The notes beneath the pieces are model-generated. The model was not told the DNA's origin and searched no databases. It was given only the letters and a program-made list of their open reading frames with translations. From assembly GCA_012034865.1 (NCBI GenBank), contig JAAUOM010000011.1:1-24000 (forward strand): a stretch of DNA of 24,000 nt, written 5' to 3'. Below, piece by piece: positions 7,807 through 15,532 of the stretch. The DNA comes from Acaryochloris sp. CRU_2_0. Its GTDB lineage: Bacteria; Cyanobacteriota; Cyanobacteriia; Thermosynechococcales; Thermosynechococcaceae. The translations under genes were made by a program, and so were the position numbers. Every line of letters begins with the position of its first letter. The stretch's first letter is position 1.

Positions 7807-9270
7807 ATGAAAGATGAAAATGGTTCTATTTCCCCACGGCAAGTATATGATGTTTTGATTGTGGGCGCAGGTCCAGTGGGCTTAGCAACGGCGCTTGGGC
7901 TACGAAAGAGAGGCATAACAAATATCCTAGTCATCGATCAAACTCGTGAATTTCGTAAGGTTGGGCAGGGTGTTGATCTGCTACCCAATGGATTAAGGGC
8001 ATTAAAGTATATTGGTTCAGACGCTTACGAGAAAATCAAAGAACCTGCTGTCAAGGCATTACAACCTCCAGACAGCCAGGAACCTTCAAATAGTCCAGAT
8101 GAAGTTAAAGAGAAGCCTGCACTCCCTAAAAGGCTATGGCGTCAAAAAAATATACAAGGGGATACTACGCGCTCATTCCCCACAGATTTTCAAAGCTGGT
8201 TTGATCGCTATGGTGAGGGACGAGTCTCTGTGTCTTGGTTTGACTTGCAAACAACGTTAACAAGTCTACTCCCCCCAGATAGAGTACAAGCTAATCATCG
8301 CTGTATAAATCTAGAGGAAGAAGCAGGAAGGGTACGAATCGATACGATCTCGAATACAGCAACATCAACTAATCCATTTGCTCACTGGGAAATGAGGCAG
8401 TCAAATGTAGATACTTCTGGATCGACTCAAGAGAGTCAAGGATCTGATCCTGAATCGTATTACGCCAAGTTAGTTGTCGCAGCAGATGGGATTAATTCAA
8501 CGATTCGTCAAGTGCTTTACGACAATAAAGGATTAAAGGAATGGGCAAAGCCTCATTATTCTGGTTTTTCAGCGATTAGTTCGAGAATTGATAATGTACC
8601 TAATTCGATTATTGAAGAATTAGATAATAAGTATCTTCAAGGGGAGCGAATTATCACAGTCCATAATAATTCTGGCCAGCTTAATTTGCCAGAATTAAAA
8701 CTACTTCGTTTAATGTTGATTTATTTGCCGGATAATTCTGTAAGTTATCTACTTTATGCTCCTTTTAGTTTAAATGCATGGCAAAACAAATCGCTAACTG
8801 AGATTCTTGATTCAGGAACACAGGCATTGAGGAATGCTAAATTTCCGACGATATTTACAGAGTTAATAGGTTTATCAAATCCTGAAAAACTATCTCATCG
8901 TCTGTTTTATATGCATCCAGTGAATACTCAAAATAATTTTCAACCGCCTTGGAGTCATGGACGTGTGATTCTAGTCGGGGATGCTGCTCATGCAATGCCT
9001 CCTTTTATGGCACAAGGTGCAAATCAAGGATTTGAGGATGCGGCTGTTATCGTTACGTTCATAGCTAAGCTGCTTCAAGAAAATGGTTTAGACAAGGAAA
9101 ATGCGATCGCAAATATATTTGAAAAATACGAGAAAATTCGTAGACCTTTTATAGAGAAAATTCAAACAGCAACAATGGAAAGCAATCAATGGGCACAACA
9201 ACAATGGGATGACTTTAATGAAATTCTTCATCGTCGTGTTTATCCCTCCGTAGTTACTCTCGGAGAGTAA
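7807..9270 (+). CDS. FAD-dependent aromatic-ring monooxygenase family protein (PHBH/salicylate hydroxylase fold)
   Basis: It has the dinucleotide-binding motif VLIVGAGPVGLATALGL, AADGINSTIRQ, and LVGDAAHAMPPFMAQGANQGFEDA. There are long low-complexity inserts between the motifs. Confidence 0.85.
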   Translation: MKDENGSISPRQVYDVLIVGAGPVGLATALGLRKRGITNILVIDQTREFRKVGQGVDLLPNGLRALKYIGSDAYEKIKEPAVKALQPPDSQEPSNSPDEVKEKPALPKRLWRQKNIQGDTTRSFPTDFQSWFDRYGEGRVSVSWFDLQTTLTSLLPPDRVQANHRCINLEEEAGRVRIDTISNTATSTNPFAHWEMRQSNVDTSGSTQESQGSDPESYYAKLVVAADGINSTIRQVLYDNKGLKEWAKPHYSGFSAISSRIDNVPNSIIEELDNKYLQGERIITVHNNSGQLNLPELKLLRLMLIYLPDNSVSYLLYAPFSLNAWQNKSLTEILDSGTQALRNAKFPTIFTELIGLSNPEKLSHRLFYMHPVNTQNNFQPPWSHGRVILVGDAAHAMPPFMAQGANQGFEDAAVIVTFIAKLLQENGLDKENAIANIFEKYEKIRRPFIEKIQTATMESNQWAQQQWDDFNEILHRRVYPSVVTLGE

Positions 9271-9274
9271 GAAT

Positions 9275-10420
9275 GTGAATTCACTCAACCAACCGGAACA
9301 AATTAAATTCTTGATCTTTGATCTTGATGGGGTGATTACTAGCGAACAGAAGTACTGGAATACCGCCCGCTTAACAGTATGGGAGTTGATTACCCATCCA
9401 GATTATTTGGGATTGACCTCTTATTTTGGCCAAACTTTGACTCAACCGGATCGGGTTTTGGCAGCAGGCCAACAAATTATTGACAATGCCTTTATTTATG
9501 AACTCAAACGGCGGGCAATTAATTCCAACTGGGATTTGACTTACTTTGTGTTTTGTCTGCATTTAGCTGGAATTCTCCAGCAGGTGCAGCAGCATGCGCC
9601 TGAACAATGGTCTCAACTTCAGGACCAGTTTGAGGGGGCGAGTCCACCACAATGGCAAAAGCTGGGTCAAAGCCTGCTAGGACTGCCCTTGGATCGCCAT
9701 GCAAATGAGGCCACAATCGCCCACTTCTGGCAGCAGACAACCGCATTGACAGGAACGGCAGTCACCGAATATATTTATCGTTTTTATCAAGAGCATTTGG
9801 GAATGAGCCTGCCTCAATCCCATCATGGGTTGTGGGAGTTATGTTATCAAAATTTTCAAGCCTGGTATGAAGGCAAAAAAGGGTTCATCTTACCCGATGA
9901 TGAAACCGTCCTAGATCTAGGAATGATTCAGGCAACACTCCAATCTCTACAAGCTGCTCAGTATACGCTGGCGATCGCAACTGGACGTCCCCGCAATGAA
10001 GTTCTAGAACCCCTGTCAGCTCTGGGATTACTCAGCTATTTTGATCCAGGCCGGATCATCACCTACGATGATGTCTTAGCTGCTGAAACCCAATTCGGAT
10101 TAGCACAGCACCCTGTCAAACTAGGGAAACCCCATCCCTTTGCCGTCTTAAAAGCCATTCATGGAGACGAAGACCCGCAAGTGCTGTGCAGCGACTCGTT
10201 TCAACAGGGCGATCGCACCTATGCTGCCTATATTGGCGATGCCGCCAGTGATATAGTGGCAGCCAAACGGTCGGGCTGTTTATCCATCGGTGTGCTGACG
10301 GGCTTTACTGCCACCCATGCTCAGGAAGAGCAAGTCCAATTATTTACGGAGCTAGGGTGTGATTGTGTGATCGATAGCATTCTAGCGTTGCCCCAAGTTT
10401 TAGGCATTGACAAACCATGA
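9275..10420 (+). CDS. HAD-superfamily hydrolase with large cap insertion
   Basis: It starts at a GTG. HAD motif I is FDLDGVIT, motif II LAIATGRP, motif III KLGKPHP and motif IV IGDAASDIVAAK. About 190 aa lie between motifs I and II. Confidence 0.8.
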   Translation: MNSLNQPEQIKFLIFDLDGVITSEQKYWNTARLTVWELITHPDYLGLTSYFGQTLTQPDRVLAAGQQIIDNAFIYELKRRAINSNWDLTYFVFCLHLAGILQQVQQHAPEQWSQLQDQFEGASPPQWQKLGQSLLGLPLDRHANEATIAHFWQQTTALTGTAVTEYIYRFYQEHLGMSLPQSHHGLWELCYQNFQAWYEGKKGFILPDDETVLDLGMIQATLQSLQAAQYTLAIATGRPRNEVLEPLSALGLLSYFDPGRIITYDDVLAAETQFGLAQHPVKLGKPHPFAVLKAIHGDEDPQVLCSDSFQQGDRTYAAYIGDAASDIVAAKRSGCLSIGVLTGFTATHAQEEQVQLFTELGCDCVIDSILALPQVLGIDKP

Positions 10421-11511
10421 CCCCCAATTTGGAGACCATAGACACCTGGGTTAACCCCTCCCTGCGGGGTTTAGCACCCAAAAAGGCAGGCCCAGAGCGA
10501 AATGCCCAAGCGATTCGCTTAGATAAAGGAGAGCTGCCTTATCCGCCCTCCCCCAAAGTGGTGGATGCGATCGCTAGGGCGGCCACCACTTGTAATCGCT
10601 ATCCCGGTGTTTTGGGGGGAGCGTTGCGTGCTCAATTGGCAACCTATGCTGGGACAGAACCAGACCAAATTGTGATTGGCAATGGCTCCGATGATTTGAT
10701 TGAGTTGATTATTAAAGTATTTGTCCAACCAGGGCAACAGGTGCTTCTGCCTGTGCCTACGTTTTTTGTCTACGGGCAGGCCACGCAGGTAATGGGCGGT
10801 GTACCTGTTTTTGTCCAACGCACTCCTGATTTTGGCTTGGATGTCGAGGCCCTAGTGGCTAAGGTTACCCCGGCGACGCAGGTGCTCTATATTGCCAACC
10901 CGAATAACCCCACGGCTAATTTGGTGAGCCGCGATACCTTGGAGGAGGTGTTGAATCGAGTCAACGCTATGGTGGTGGTGGATGAATGCTACTTTGAGCT
11001 GTGTCAGACGACGATCTCAGATTGGGTCGATCACTATCCCCATTTAATTGTGCTGCGTAGTCTCTCTAAAAGTTTTGGGCTGGCGGGGTTGCGGATTGGC
11101 TATGCCATTGCCAATGCCCAAGTAGTCGATTATCTGTATCGAGCGGCCCAATTATTTCCGGTGAATACGGTGGCGATCGCCGCCGCCTTGGCTGCCCTTG
11201 AGGATCAAGCTTATATCCAGGACAATATTCACCGAATTCTCAGCGACAAACTGCAATTACAAGAACAATTAGAAGGATTGGGACTTCAAGTCTATCCATC
11301 AGCTACTAACTTTTTATTCGTGAATACACAACCCTTGAATCTGCCTTCAGCCCCGTTAGTGGCGGCACTACAAGAACGCAATATTTGGGTAGCAGATTTT
11401 GGCAATACTCCTGGGTTAGGGGCTTACTATTTCCGCATCGCTGTCGGCACTCCAGCAGAAAATCAAGGGTTTTTACAAGGCTTGGCAGATGCGCTCCTAT
11501 CGCTGTCTTGA
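10417..11511 (+). CDS. histidinol-phosphate aminotransferase-like class II PLP-dependent aminotransferase
   Basis: It carries NRYP, IGNGSDDLIELI, NPNNPT, VVVDECYFE and the PLP-lysine context LRSLSKSFGLAGLRIGY. Its ATG overlaps the HAD stop as ATGA at 10417-10420. Confidence 0.85.
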   Translation: MTPNLETIDTWVNPSLRGLAPKKAGPERNAQAIRLDKGELPYPPSPKVVDAIARAATTCNRYPGVLGGALRAQLATYAGTEPDQIVIGNGSDDLIELIIKVFVQPGQQVLLPVPTFFVYGQATQVMGGVPVFVQRTPDFGLDVEALVAKVTPATQVLYIANPNNPTANLVSRDTLEEVLNRVNAMVVVDECYFELCQTTISDWVDHYPHLIVLRSLSKSFGLAGLRIGYAIANAQVVDYLYRAAQLFPVNTVAIAAALAALEDQAYIQDNIHRILSDKLQLQEQLEGLGLQVYPSATNFLFVNTQPLNLPSAPLVAALQERNIWVADFGNTPGLGAYYFRIAVGTPAENQGFLQGLADALLSLS

Positions 11512-11534
11512 GGATTGTCCTAGGAAGGAAAACG

Positions 11535-12404
11535 ATGTCTGCCAAAATTCTTCAGAAACTCACACCTCATTTGCAAGATCTCGGTGGTTTTACAGCTCGA
11601 CGACTTCTTCCCCATGGCGATCTCGCCATGGTTGGCCCCTTTATCTTTTTTGATCATCTTGGTCCTGCCACCTTTCCACCGGGTAAAGGTGTTGATGTCC
11701 GCCCCCATCCCCATATCAACCTGGCCACAGTCACCTATTTGTTTGAGGGAGCACTCCTGCACCGCGATAGCTTAGGCAGTGTTCAGGAAATTCACCCCGG
11801 CGCTGTGAACTGGATGACGGCTGGGCGAGGCATTGTTCACTCTGAGCGATCGTCCGCTGCCGATCGAGAAACCACTTCCACCCTCCACGCTATCCAAACC
11901 TGGGTTGCCCTCCCAGAAGAACACGAAGAAACCAAACCCACTTTCCATCATCATCCGGCTGACAGCCTGCCGCAATGGCAAGACAATGGGGTTACTCTGA
12001 CTTTGATTGCTGGCTCCGCCGATGGACACACCTCCCCCGTCAAAACTTTCTCTCCGATTCTCTACTTGGATCTCTCGTTGCCAGTAGGTTCCAGTGTCAG
12101 CCTTCCGGTTGAGTACAGCGAACGTGCTGTCTACAGTGTCACTTCCGGCCTACAGCTAGATAGCCTTACTCTAGAACCCCACTGCCTAGCCGTATTAGCC
12201 TCTGGCGAATCGATCTCGCTCTCTGCCGCGACAGATGTTCGTTGTGTGGTAATCGGCGGTGAACCTGTGGGTCAGCGGCACAAGTGGTGGAATTTTGTAT
12301 CCAGCCGTCTAGAGCGAATTGAGCAAGCAAAGGAAGACTGGCAGGCAGGACGCTTTGCCAAAGTCCCAGATGAAACAGAGTTTATTCCGCTACCCGATGC
12401 GTAG
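11535..12404 (+). CDS. pirin family protein
   Basis: It carries FFDHLGP, HPHINLATVTYLFEGALLHRDSLG and MTAGRGIVHSER. The ATG at 11535 is preceded by AGGAAGGA. The longer ORF-track version, starting at 11385, overlaps the aminotransferase gene. Confidence 0.9.
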   Translation: MSAKILQKLTPHLQDLGGFTARRLLPHGDLAMVGPFIFFDHLGPATFPPGKGVDVRPHPHINLATVTYLFEGALLHRDSLGSVQEIHPGAVNWMTAGRGIVHSERSSAADRETTSTLHAIQTWVALPEEHEETKPTFHHHPADSLPQWQDNGVTLTLIAGSADGHTSPVKTFSPILYLDLSLPVGSSVSLPVEYSERAVYSVTSGLQLDSLTLEPHCLAVLASGESISLSAATDVRCVVIGGEPVGQRHKWWNFVSSRLERIEQAKEDWQAGRFAKVPDETEFIPLPDA

Positions 12405-12588
12405 ATATAGCGTAATGAAAAGCTGTTTGTGTGGGATCATCTGGGTCTCGCCAAGACAGACTCCTATCCCAAGGTGATGAAGATCACGAAACGCTGGTGA
12501 TCCTTATCCTGCTTAAGTTGAGCTGAAATTGCCATACTACAAGAGACTCGGTCCTAATCTGAGTCGTCAATGGGGAACACACAGTATA

Positions 12589-12620
12589 CCGACAAACTTG
12601 GTTCAGTTTGTCGGTTTTTA
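12589..12620 (+). terminator. Rho-independent terminator
   Basis: CCGACAAAC (12589-12597), an 8-nt loop, then GTTTGTCGG (12606-12614) form a perfect 9-bp stem, followed by TTTTTA. Confidence 0.65.
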
Positions 12621-12653
12621 TGGTTGTAAGCGAGGGATACATGATCGGGGGAT

Positions 12654-13250
12654 TTACCGCATCAGTCCCATCGTATGTTTCCAGGATAATTCTTTCCGTA
12701 AAATATCGAGGGCTCTGCGATCGCTCCCTTCAAATAGAGGACTAATTTGGCCTAGGACTTGTTCAACCAACTGTGCAGCAAATGCGCCCCCCGAACGCAA
12801 CAGATGACTATAGTAACCAAACTGTGGTTGATGCTGCCGATCTAAATGAAAGGCATGGATATCCTCTGTGGTCATCGTCCAGACTGGGGTATTAACGGGC
12901 ACAATCGTACTGGGAATCCCTTGATAACCATAGGCATCTGGGCAATCTTGCACCAGGACACCAATTAACACACCCCAAAGCAGGGTGCGAGTTTCCCGAA
13001 TTAAATCAGGGGTAAAGAACGGATCCGGTTGACTAACCAAACGTGGCCCCGTATTCAGATAAGCGGGGTTGAACAGTTGAGAATTATAGATCAGCCCCAC
13101 GGCCCAGTGACGGTTCTCGGTTTCTAATTTCACAAAACAGCCAAACCCATAATCCTCCGGTTGCGGGGGTGTCAGCACCTCCATCTCGTCATCGACTTGG
13201 ATGACATAATCACAGTGGGAGTCAGACTTAACAACTTTTCCAAGTTTCAT
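12654..13250 (-). CDS. hypothetical protein (198 aa), family not recognised
   Basis: The long ORF has neighbour-like codon usage and contains a HIP1 site. The preferred start MKLGKVVKSDSHCDYVIQV at 13250 forms an ATGA overlap with the upstream ORF's stop. Confidence 0.6.
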   Translation of the reverse strand: MKLGKVVKSDSHCDYVIQVDDEMEVLTPPQPEDYGFGCFVKLETENRHWAVGLIYNSQLFNPAYLNTGPRLVSQPDPFFTPDLIRETRTLLWGVLIGVLVQDCPDAYGYQGIPSTIVPVNTPVWTMTTEDIHAFHLDRQHQPQFGYYSHLLRSGGAFAAQLVEQVLGQISPLFEGSDRRALDILRKELSWKHTMGLMR

Positions 13251-13567
13251 GATGATGAACCTGATATTTTTGCAGTTGCCGATCCATGGCCGTGGGTGGG
13301 GCAAGGCGGAGCACTAATGGAACGATCCAACCAGCCCACCGCTTGTTGTAAACGCACCAGTCCTTCTTCAGACTGATCTTTGAGTAAAAAAACAATGGCA
13401 GCAGAAGCTTGCTCTAAGGCCCGGGCTCGACGATTGCCTTTGAGACGATGCCAGTCTCCTGAAGAGATAGTGAGCTGTTCTGAGAGTTTCTGGGCTGTTG
13501 CTAATGCTGGTGGGGATGTCGGGATTTGAGGGGGTGTGCCTTCGATGGGCGGATGTTGTGTAGACAT
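13247..13567 (-). CDS. hypothetical protein (106 aa), Pro-rich N-terminus, family not recognised
   Basis: The ATG at 13567 has GGAG about 10 nt upstream. The stop TGA at 13249..13247 overlaps the downstream ATG. The C-terminal region contains PPCPTHGHG. Confidence 0.5.
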   Translation of the reverse strand: MSTQHPPIEGTPPQIPTSPPALATAQKLSEQLTISSGDWHRLKGNRRARALEQASAAIVFLLKDQSEEGLVRLQQAVGWLDRSISAPPCPTHGHGSATAKISGSSS

Positions 13568-13604
13568 AATTTGTTGGCTCCATTTGGCTCCATGCTTGAA
13601 GCTG

Positions 13605-13633
13605 ATTGTAGCGAGGGTACACTAATTTTGTCA
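13605..13633 (-). promoter_or_regulatory. candidate sigma70-type promoter for the 13567-12654 gene pair
   Basis: On the minus strand, TGACAA (plus 13628-13633) is followed by a 17-nt spacer and then TACAAT (plus 13605-13610). The predicted start near 13598 would give a leader of about 30 nt. Confidence 0.35.
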
Positions 13634-13918
13634 GGTCTAAAGATTTACTGAAGCCATGACATTTCTGGGCGGATACCGTAATCCCTGTTACAATGCCCAC
13701 TAGCGATTCCTGCGACGTTGGTGACTGCCAATATCGTTTTATGATCTATACCTTTAACGATAGGGAGCTATTTGCTCGATAGCAGTAGACCAAGCTTGGA
13801 CTTGGAAACTTTAAATTGAAGCGATCAACTCCCACCTGGATGCTTCCAGGTCAAAAACTGAGGTAAGACGGCGTTGCGGGAAAAGCACCTAGAATTGTGA
13901 AAATTTTCTGCTAGCACA

Positions 13919-13943
13919 GAACCCCAGCTCCAGGCTGAGGTTC
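13919..13943. terminator. GC-rich hairpin 3' of trnL, with T-tract on the plus side
   Basis: GAACCCCAGC (13919-13928) and GCTGAGGTTC (13934-13943) form a 10-bp stem. One position is a C-A mismatch in plus-strand RNA but a U-G wobble in minus-strand RNA. TTTTTT at 13947-13952 follows on the plus strand, so the functional strand is ambiguous. Confidence 0.4.
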
Positions 13944-13959
13944 TCATTTTTTGAGGGAA

Positions 13960-14291
13960 TGGGGGCGGAGGGACTTGAACCCTCACGACTGTTAAGGTCA
14001 ACGGATTTTCATTCTCTCGCTACTTTCGCAGCTACCGGGTCTGGTTTTGAGAATTGGACTCTCCCTTTACCCGCGCTCATGCTCAAGACAAAGCTTGGCT
14101 AGCGTGAGGGTAGCTCCCGTCGAGTCTCTGCACCTTCCAAGTCAGCCCGTAGATGACTTGGCTTGGCTCAGGATTGCCTTGTCTGAGGTTCAGATTTAGG
14201 TTTCCCTGAATTTGAGAGCATTCACTTACACAATTTCTCATGCAAGGCTCAGCTTTCTAAGTCCGTAGCGTCTACCATTCCGCCACGCCCC
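13960..14291 (-). tRNA. trnL: tRNA-Leu(UAA), split by a group I intron (exon 1 14291..14258, exon 2 14009..13960)
   Basis: Exon 1 is GGGGGCGTGGCGGAATGGTAGACGCTACGGACTT. Exon 2 is AAAATCCGTTGACCTTAACAGTCGTGAGGGTTCAAGTCCCTCCGCCCCCA. The acceptor stem GGGGGCG/CGCCCCC is perfect, the anticodon loop is CU-UAA-AA, there is a long variable arm, and a T-arm GGTTCAAGTCC. No CCA is encoded. Confidence 0.95.
14010..14257 (-). ncRNA. group I intron in the trnL(UAA) anticodon loop (248 nt)
   Basis: It is inserted between U34 and A35, follows an exon U and ends in G (14010). It contains the conserved trnL-intron strings TCAAATTCAGGGAAACC, GGCAATCCTGAGCCAA and GGTGCAGAGACTCGACGGGAGCTACCC. It has no internal ORF. 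Confidence 0.9.
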
Positions 14292-14318
14292 CTTATTGCT
14301 TGGACTACCATAGCATGG

Positions 14319-14324
14319 GATTAT
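14319..14324 (-). promoter_or_regulatory. candidate -10 box (TATAAT) for trnL
   Basis: A perfect TATAAT on the minus strand lies about 27 nt upstream of tRNA position 1, implying a leader of about 20 nt. Confidence 0.4.
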
Positions 14325-14361
14325 AGCAAGTTTTCAAATCATTATTGAGGTGAAGCAAAAG

Positions 14362-15024
14362 ATGTCAGAGCTAACGCTGGTGATTGGGAATAAAAATTAC
14401 TCCTCATGGTCGTTGCGGCCTTGGCTCTTCCTGAAACAGGTGCAGGTTCCCTTCCAGGAGGTGCGAATTGCCCTGTATACCAACACCACTCATGCCCAAC
14501 TGGCTCAATATTCGCCGTCGGGTATTGTGCCCGTTTTGATCCAGGATGAGGTCAAGATTTGGGATTCCCTCGCCATTTGTGAATATATTGCTGAGTGTTA
14601 TCAACAGGGTTGGCCTGAGGATGCGATTGCACGATCGCAAGCACGTTCCGTTGCAGCGGAGATGCATTCAGGATTCGTTGCCCTCCGTTCTGAGATGCCC
14701 ATGAACTGTCGGGCTCGCCGCGTCGGTGTTTCCCCTTCTGCTGCTTGTCAGGCTAATATTCAGCGCATCCTATCTATCTGGCAATCTTGTCGCCAAACCT
14801 ATGGCGAGGCAGGATCTTGGCTGTTTGGCTCCTTTTCCATTGCCGATGCGATGTATGCGCCTGTGGCCTCCCGTTTTGTCACCTATGGTGTTCCCCTGCC
14901 TGAGATCGCTCAAGAGTATGTCAATACTATCTATGCACATCCTGGTATGCAGGAATGGCTTCAGGCTGCCCAAGAAGAACCTGAAATAATTTCAGAATCC
15001 GAGCTAGGCCAGCCAGTTCCTTAA
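14362..15024 (+). CDS. glutathione S-transferase family protein
   Basis: The N-terminus is MSELTLVIGNKNYSSWSLRPWLFL. PVLIQDEVKIWDSLAICEYI is a GST N-domain. The C-terminal half is helical. I prefer the ATG at 14362 over the GTG at 14350. Confidence 0.85.
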   Translation: MSELTLVIGNKNYSSWSLRPWLFLKQVQVPFQEVRIALYTNTTHAQLAQYSPSGIVPVLIQDEVKIWDSLAICEYIAECYQQGWPEDAIARSQARSVAAEMHSGFVALRSEMPMNCRARRVGVSPSAACQANIQRILSIWQSCRQTYGEAGSWLFGSFSIADAMYAPVASRFVTYGVPLPEIAQEYVNTIYAHPGMQEWLQAAQEEPEIISESELGQPVP

Positions 15025-15077
15025 TCAGGGCGAACGATGATGGGAACATAGCAACTTCACAGAGGGATAGAACATTC

Positions 15078-15500
15078 GTGAACGTTATAGAACTTGCTGA
15101 AACCAATGACCAGATTCAAGCCTGCTATCCAGTAATGGTGCAACTGCGCCCCCACCTAAAGGTGAACAGTTTTATCCCCAGGGTAAGACAGCAAATGCAA
15201 AGGGGGTACCAGTTAGCTTATTTGCAAACCGAGATTCAAATTTGTACCGTAACTGGGTTTCGCATTAGTGAGAATTTAGCTTGGGGGCAGTTCATGTATG
15301 TGGATGATTTAGTAACAGATGCGGAGATGCGTTCTCAAAACTATGGTCACCAGATCTTAAACTGGTTAGTCAATTATGCTCACCAGCAAGATTGTCAAGA
15401 GTTACACCTAGATTCTGGCCTTCAACGTTTGGATGCTCATCGTTTCTACCAAAGAGAAGATCTGCAAATTAGTGGCTATCATTTTGTGTTGAACCTTTAA
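15078..15500 (+). CDS. GNAT-family N-acetyltransferase
   Basis: The 140-aa product carries [29 protein letters not shown], an acetyl-CoA-binding Q/RxxGxG/A-like segment, and HRFYQRE. It starts at a GTG. Confidence 0.8.
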   Translation: MNVIELAETNDQIQACYPVMVQLRPHLKVNSFIPRVRQQMQRGYQLAYLQTEIQICTVTGFRISENLAWGQFMYVDDLVTDAEMRSQNYGHQILNWLVNYAHQQDCQELHLDSGLQRLDAHRFYQREDLQISGYHFVLNL

Positions 15501-15532
15501 TTGAGAATACTCTATTGGCCTTGAGCGTGGTA

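Noticed and set aside
11385-11534. N-terminal 50-aa extension of the pirin ORF as given in the ORF track
   Set aside because: The extension overlaps the 3' end of the aminotransferase gene and is not pirin-like. The ATG at 11535 has a good RBS and yields the canonical pirin N-terminus.
13368-13700. 110-aa minus-strand ORF overlapping the 106-aa gene in another frame
   Set aside because: It would span the predicted promoter and leader, and it competes with an ORF that has an RBS and an ATGA coupling to the next gene. Its sequence is Ser/Arg/Pro-rich off-frame-like.
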